In this document: positions 39,275 to 43,355 of the stretch, one piece after another | How positions within the stretch are numbered: position 1 is the stretch's first letter | Layout of the letters: each line of letters opens with the position of its first letter | From: Candidatus Saccharimonadota bacterium | GTDB lineage: Bacteria; Patescibacteriota; Saccharimonadia; Saccharimonadales; Saccharimonadaceae | NCBI GenBank assembly: GCA_017512085.1 | Contig: JAFWHD010000029.1 | Coordinates: forward strand, 1 to 43,355 | DNA: 43,355 nucleotides | Direction: 5' to 3' | Translations under genes and position numbers: made by a program | The notes under the pieces: model-generated | What the model saw: only the letters and a program-made list of their open reading frames with translations | Told to the model about the DNA's origin: nothing | The model's database searches: none

Positions 39275-39435
39275 AAATTTAAAGTGGAATTAACTCCAAT
39301 GTTTTAACTCATAAACCAAATTTAATGCGGAGTTCACTCTCAATTATAAACAAAATTGGAAGTGGAATTCACTTCCACTTCCAATTTCAAACTTGCTTCT
39401 TTTGCTAAACTTTTCTTCTTGAAGAAAAGTTTAAG
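39275..39435. repeat. Degenerate tandem repeats and hairpins between mscS and the tRNA-Arg(CCG) 3' end
   Basis: Three copies of AAATT....G.GGA.TT.ACT; AATTGGAAGTGGAA-TTCAC-TTCCACTTCCAATT; AAACTTTTCTTC-TT-GAAGAAAAGTTT. Confidence 0.75.
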
Positions 39436-39439
39436 CCTC

Positions 39440-39516
39440 TGGTACACCCAAGAGGACTTGAACCTCCAACCTTCAGCTCCGGAAGCTGACGCTCTATCCA
39501 ATTGCGCTATGGGTGC
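39440..39516 (-). tRNA. tRNA-Arg(CCG)
   Basis: GCACCCATAGCGCAATTGGATAGAGCGTCAGCTTCCGGAGCTGAAGGTTGGAGGTTCAAGTCCTCTTGGGTGTACCA. Confidence 0.95.
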
Positions 39517-39621
39517 ATACCCTATATTCTATCATATTTTACCTAAAATAAAAATCCAGTGACGATTACTCTTTGATTGTTTTTACTCCAGTTCGCGTGA
39601 GAATAGTTTATTATTAATTAT

Positions 39622-39685
39622 AAAAACAGACCTAGGTTTCCTAGGTCCGCCGTTCGCGAGTCCCCCGGCACTACTAATAGTAGAT
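39622..39685 (-). ncRNA. Candidate ~65-nt small RNA
   Basis: TGgTATAAT (39692-39700, minus), two short hairpins, then GACCTAGG-AAA-CCTAGGTC-TGTTTTT terminator; no ORF. Confidence 0.45.
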
Positions 39686-39750
39686 AAAAACATTATACCA
39701 TAAAATTAGTGGGGGTTGAAATTTTTTCTACCCTATGCTACTTTTTTCGC

Positions 39751-41142
39751 ATGAAAAATTTTTTCTCTCGCCCCATCCATCAATCATTTTTCCTCGTCGC
39801 CATGAGCATCGGCATCATCGCAGGGACTATATTAGGCTTAGTTTTTCATATTGCATATTTCGCCTCGCCCATTTGGCTCGCTCTCGTTGTTTTGCTTTTT
39901 ATTTGTACCTATTTCAGGCCTAAATATGTTTTTCTCGTTCTTGCTCTCGTTGCTGGCTTTCTCCTCGCCTTTTTTCGCGTCGCCTCCGTCTTGGAAAATC
40001 AAACCCAGCCAGCAGTTTCGCAACAAACTAAACAAACCCAGCCAGCAAAAACTGCCGAAGAAACAAAAACCCAACTTCAGCCAGCAGGGAATCAAACCAC
40101 CGAAACTCGTGAATCCTGGCTCCTTACTTCTCGCGACTGGTTCGCTAATCGTATCCGCACTGAGCTTAGCTCTCACGAAGCCGAGCCTAGTCCTCACGAA
40201 AATGAAACTAACCTTGCCCCTCACGAAACCAATCCCAGTCCCCATGCAACTAATTCCAGCTCTCGCGAAGCCGGTCTCGCACTTTCTTATCTCCTCGGCG
40301 AAAAATCAGATTTAGATAAATCCACAGCCGAAAACCTGAGAGCTATTGGCCTCGTCCACATCGTTGTCGCCTCAGGCACCCACCTCTCTATTCTCGTCGG
40401 CGCCATCAGCAAAATCTTCAAAAAAATCTCCCGTCGTGTGAGTCTCCTCTTTTCCGTTCTATTCATCATCGTGTTCATGGCGCTCGTCGGCTTCACGCCT
40501 TCCATTCTTCGTGCTGGCCTCATGTCCATCCTCACCCTCATCGCCGCCTATTCTGGCCGAAAAATCGCCCCCTGGCGTCTCATTCTTCTCGTCGCCGCGA
40601 CCACTCTCGTCATTGATCCGACCTTCATCACGAATCTCGGTTGGCTTCTCTCTTTCGCTAGTTACACTGGCATTATGATATTAGGCCCCGCCCTCACGTA
40701 CTTCTTTTACGAGAAGGAAAGACTCCCCTTCCTCGCCTCCCTTCTCCTCACTTCCATCTCCGCCACCTTTCTCACTCTACCTATTACCTTATATTATTTC
40801 GGTCAAATCTCCCTCCTCTCACTTCTCGCCAATCTTCTCATCCTCCCGACTCTCCCGCTCGCCATGGCTCTCATTTTTGCAACCGGTCTCCTCGCTGGTC
40901 TCCCGCTCATTAGTCCGCTCGTCGCTTTCGTTACCGCGAAACTTCTCTCCCTCCACCTCGTCATCGTGGAGTTCTTCGCGGCCCAGACTAATTTCCTCAT
41001 CACCACCGACAGATACCAGCCCCAAGTATTCCTCCTCTATATCCCGATTTTACTCCCCTTCATCATTGGACTTATCCGTCATAAAGTGTTAAAATTAAAC
41101 AAAGTAGATTATATGGGAGAAAAATATGTCAGGACACAGTAA
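39751..41142 (+). CDS. comEC: ComEC/Rec2 competence channel (minimal form)
   Basis: LLGEK, GLVHIVVASGTHL, PSILRAGLM, GWLLSFAS, LANLLILP. Confidence 0.92.
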   Translation: MKNFFSRPIHQSFFLVAMSIGIIAGTILGLVFHIAYFASPIWLALVVLLFICTYFRPKYVFLVLALVAGFLLAFFRVASVLENQTQPAVSQQTKQTQPAKTAEETKTQLQPAGNQTTETRESWLLTSRDWFANRIRTELSSHEAEPSPHENETNLAPHETNPSPHATNSSSREAGLALSYLLGEKSDLDKSTAENLRAIGLVHIVVASGTHLSILVGAISKIFKKISRRVSLLFSVLFIIVFMALVGFTPSILRAGLMSILTLIAAYSGRKIAPWRLILLVAATTLVIDPTFITNLGWLLSFASYTGIMILGPALTYFFYEKERLPFLASLLLTSISATFLTLPITLYYFGQISLLSLLANLLILPTLPLAMALIFATGLLAGLPLISPLVAFVTAKLLSLHLVIVEFFAAQTNFLITTDRYQPQVFLLYIPILLPFIIGLIRHKVLKLNKVDYMGEKYVRTQ

Positions 41143-41827
41143 ATGGGAAACCACCAAACGTCAAAAAGCCGTCGTTGATGCGAAGCGCGGCGCTCTTTTC
41201 ACGAAAATAGGGAATCAAATCGCCATCGCCGCCCGCGCTGGCACGAATCCCGATATGAATCCGTCTCTCGCCATGGTTCTGGATAAAGCTCGCCATGCGA
41301 ATATGCCAAAGGCAAATATTGAGCGCGCCATCGCTCGCGCCGCCGATAAGTCCGCCGCCGCTCTCATTGAGGAAGTCTATGAAGCCTACGGTCCAGGGGG
41401 TGTTGGTATTATTATAGAAGTCGCCACGGATAACAAGAATCGCACCATGCCTCTCGTCCGCCACACTCTGGACAAATCTGGCGGCCGCATGGCCGATCCA
41501 GGCTCCGTCATGTTCCAGTTTAGCCGCCAGGGAGTCATTGAGATTACAGAAAAAGGCGAGGACGCCCTCATGGCCGCTCTTGATGCTGGCGCAAAAGACG
41601 CAGTAGAAGATGAAGCGGGGATTACTATCTATACTGAGCCATCCAGCCTCGCAAAGGTTCGCGATGCTTTGAAAGCCGCAGGCCTTGAGGTTACGTCTGC
41701 CGAGATGCGCTACGTCCCGACCAGTCGCATCCCCGTGGACGACGCTACCGCCGAGAAACTTGATCATCTCCTAGAATCCATTGACGACTTAGACGACGTC
41801 ACAAATATCTATACTAACGCCGAATAG
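41126..41827 (+). CDS. yebC: YebC/PmpR family protein
   Basis: MSGHSKW, NMPKANIERAI, YEAYGPGG, TDNKNRT, DLDDVTNIYTN. Confidence 0.96.
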   Translation: MSGHSKWETTKRQKAVVDAKRGALFTKIGNQIAIAARAGTNPDMNPSLAMVLDKARHANMPKANIERAIARAADKSAAALIEEVYEAYGPGGVGIIIEVATDNKNRTMPLVRHTLDKSGGRMADPGSVMFQFSRQGVIEITEKGEDALMAALDAGAKDAVEDEAGITIYTEPSSLAKVRDALKAAGLEVTSAEMRYVPTSRIPVDDATAEKLDHLLESIDDLDDVTNIYTNAE

Positions 41828-41860
41828 ACTCGTGGAAGAATCGCTTCATTAAAGAATTAC

Positions 41861-41898
41861 CAACCCCCCATCTAGAAACAGGTGGGGGGTTGATTTTT
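41861..41898 (+). terminator. Intrinsic terminator after yebC
   Basis: CAACCCCCCATCT / AGGTGGGGGGTTG followed by ATTTTT. Confidence 0.8.
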
Positions 41899-42070
41899 AG
41901 CTAGGGATGTGATAAGGTCATGGGCGGTGGTAAGTATCTTGCCGATATGGTGCTCGGGGTCGGGGTGGTTTTTCACTTTTGTGTTGACTATGGGCATCAT
42001 CTACCGATGCTAGATAAGTGGCTGAGGGTTCCCCTGTAGTTTAACGGACCAGAAGAAAGGAAAGTAGCCT

Positions 42071-42166
42071 ATGTTTAGAATAATGAGACTTACGATATTT
42101 CATATCGTAATCACAGTTTCTCTTGACTTAGGTAAACTACGCAAGAGAAATAGACATCGCCATTAG
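42071..42166 (+). CDS. 31-aa peptide MFRIMRLTIFHIVITVSLDLGKLRKRNRHRH, candidate type I toxin
   Basis: AGAAAGGA RBS 9 nt upstream; hydrophobic core plus basic tail; stop codon lies in a hairpin; convergent promoter downstream. Confidence 0.6.
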   Translation: MFRIMRLTIFHIVITVSLDLGKLRKRNRHRH

Positions 42167-42225
42167 GCGATGTCCTACCACTATTGACGAACCTAGGGTA
42201 TTCTAGCAAGCCTGGGTTCGTCTAT
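42146..42225 (-). ncRNA. Candidate antisense RNA 1 (overlaps peptide ORF 3' end)
   Basis: TTGCGT(42260-55)-17-TAATAT(42237-32) with extended TG; ends in GACATCGCC-TAAT-GGCGATGTC-TATTTCT. Confidence 0.6.
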
Positions 42226-42261
42226 ATTTTTATATTAGCACTTATGGATATAAAACGCAAG

Positions 42262-42341
42262 AGAAAAAAGCATCACCGCTAGGGTGACGCTTAACCACGG
42301 AGCGAGTCTAGGAAGTTCTAGTGAGCCTGGGCTCGCTTTAC
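42262..42341 (-). ncRNA. Candidate antisense RNA 2 (orphan, diverged)
   Basis: TTGCGT(42376-71)-17-TATCAT(42353-48); ends in AAGCGTCACC-CTAGC-GGTGATGCTT-TTTT. Confidence 0.6.
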
Positions 42342-42377
42342 TTTTTTATGATATCACTTATGGATATAAAACGCAAG

Positions 42378-42455
42378 AGAAATAGACATCGCCATTAGGC
42401 GATGTCACACACCATGACGGGTCCAGGGTATTCTAGCAAGCCTGGGTTCGTCTAT
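42378..42455 (-). ncRNA. Candidate antisense RNA 3 (orphan)
   Basis: TTGCGT(42490-85)-17-TAATAT(42467-62); same terminator hairpin as unit 1. Confidence 0.6.
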
Positions 42456-42563
42456 ATTTTTATATTAGCACTTATGGATATAGAACGCAAGCCCACCCAC
42501 CATCAGCCCAGCAAAATCCATCCCGAATAAAACCATAATTATTTACAAATACCATAAATAATA

Positions 42564-42705
42564 TGCTATAATATACTTGCGACATTTTGATTATTTCGCA
42601 TAGTCAAACATCTCGCCCGAAACATCATTTTATGACAGAGGAACTCGCTCGTGTCCGGATGATGTATCGGTAATGTATAAACATAATTAGAAAGGACACA
42701 TCATA
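42564..42705 (+). promoter_or_regulatory. Promoter and structured 5' leader
   Basis: TGcTATAAT at 42564-72; adjacent hairpins 42579-42616 and 42617-42670; AGAAAGGA RBS. Confidence 0.55.
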
Positions 42706-43355
42706 ATGTCTCGCGTACATAAGCCATCAGGCATTGTGCTACCTGTTTTGCAGGAAGCCAAATTTTGTCAATTCATTAAAAGTACTAGAAGTAAAAAGGC
42801 TAAAATAGGGAGTCCAGAGGTCCTTACTCACTCGCAAAAAAGCCCCCTCTATTCTTCTAGTACTTTTTGTGGGTTGATAGGGAAGAAGAAAAAATACACC
42901 CTCGCGGCCTTGGCCACCATCTTCAATCTCGGCCTCGTTGGTGTCGGCAACGCCTATGCTAGTAGTATAAGTATTTCACTTACTGGAAATGTAAATCTAA
43001 ATATATTAAAAGATAATACTAACCCTACCTTTGGTAAATCTACCACTCAAACAGCCACAGTCACCAGTGATCACTTTACTGGCTATACATTAACCATAGC
43101 TGGCTCTAATGATACTGGAAGATTAGTAGGTAGTAATGACTCTACTAAATATCTATCTTCTATCACTACTCCACTCACAGAATCACAATTTAATACAGAT
43201 GCTCATAATGACCAGTGGGGTTTCCTACCAGGCGCACTATATAATACTAGCACTTCCACTAAGGTCATGAACACTAACTACCAACCATCTCCTATCGCTA
43301 CTACTCCTACCACGATAGATGTAACGAATAGCCCCACTACTGGCGAAAACTACAC
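42706..43355 (+). CDS. Secreted/surface protein, truncated by window end
   Basis: Open from ATG 42706 to window end; signal-like KKKKYTLAALATIFNLGLVGVGNAYA; Thr/Ser-rich beta-type sequence ATVTSDHFTGYTLTI..NDQWGF. Confidence 0.8.
   Translation, partial: MSRVHKPSGIVLPVLQEAKFCQFIKSTRSKKAKIGSPEVLTHSQKSPLYSSSTFCGLIGKKKKYTLAALATIFNLGLVGVGNAYASSISISLTGNVNLNILKDNTNPTFGKSTTQTATVTSDHFTGYTLTIAGSNDTGRLVGSNDSTKYLSSITTPLTESQFNTDAHNDQWGFLPGALYNTSTSTKVMNTNYQPSPIATTPTTIDVTNSPTTGENY

Larger units (their letters stand above)
42139..42491. repeat. Tandem array of three ~116-bp units
   Basis: ACGCAAG anchors at 42139, 42255, 42371, 42485; units 1 and 3 near-identical, unit 2 diverged with compensatory stem changes. 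Confidence 0.95.

Noticed and set aside
152-41827. Alternative genetic code 25 (TGA=Gly)
   Set aside because: Conserved genes are intact under code 11 and TGA ends orn at the expected position
41920-42039. 39-aa ORF MGGGKYLADMVLG...
   Set aside because: Poorly spaced RBS and no recognisable features
42186-42222. preQ1-I riboswitch (TTCTAG loop)
   Set aside because: Stem is too long, the 3' tail is T-rich rather than A-rich, and there is no queuosine gene downstream
42244-42398. Mini-ORFs MDIKRKRKKHHR and MDIKRKRNRHRH in units 2 and 3
   Set aside because: No RBS or plus-strand promoter; the ATG falls in the antisense promoter spacer, so likely a by-product of the junction
42139-42491. CRISPR array
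   Set aside because: Units are 116 bp and similar along their whole length, with no unique spacers and no cas genes in the window

Overview
Core chromosomal window from a small-genome bacterium, most likely Saccharibacteria (TM7, Patescibacteria/CPR). This is an inference from gene content, the minimal ComEC/TlyA/S18 proteins, leaderless gene starts and the standard genetic code. It contains ftsK, a three-gene cassette around a 907-aa multi-catalytic cell-wall hydrolase, rpsF-ssb-rpsR-efp-tlyA, a type IV pilus locus (pilM, pilN/O/P-like, pilB, pilT, pilC, pilins, pilD), ackA, a SurA/PrsA-like foldase, a fused MFS/spermidine synthase, argS, a membrane-anchored serpin, orn, ruvB, an SPFH protein, a UvrD/helicase IV-like protein, mscS, comEC, yebC, five tRNAs, and the start of a surface protein running off the right end. 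The most striking unannotated structure is at 42.05-42.49 kb. A 31-aa RBS-led peptide ORF missed by the ORF track is followed by three tandem ~116-bp units. Each unit holds a minus-strand sigma70 promoter, a short RNA and opposed hairpins, which suggests a type I toxin-antitoxin-like locus with an array of diversified antisense RNAs. A second theme is a set of long, structured intergenic palindromes, two of which are built from copies of the 3' end of the adjacent tRNA gene.
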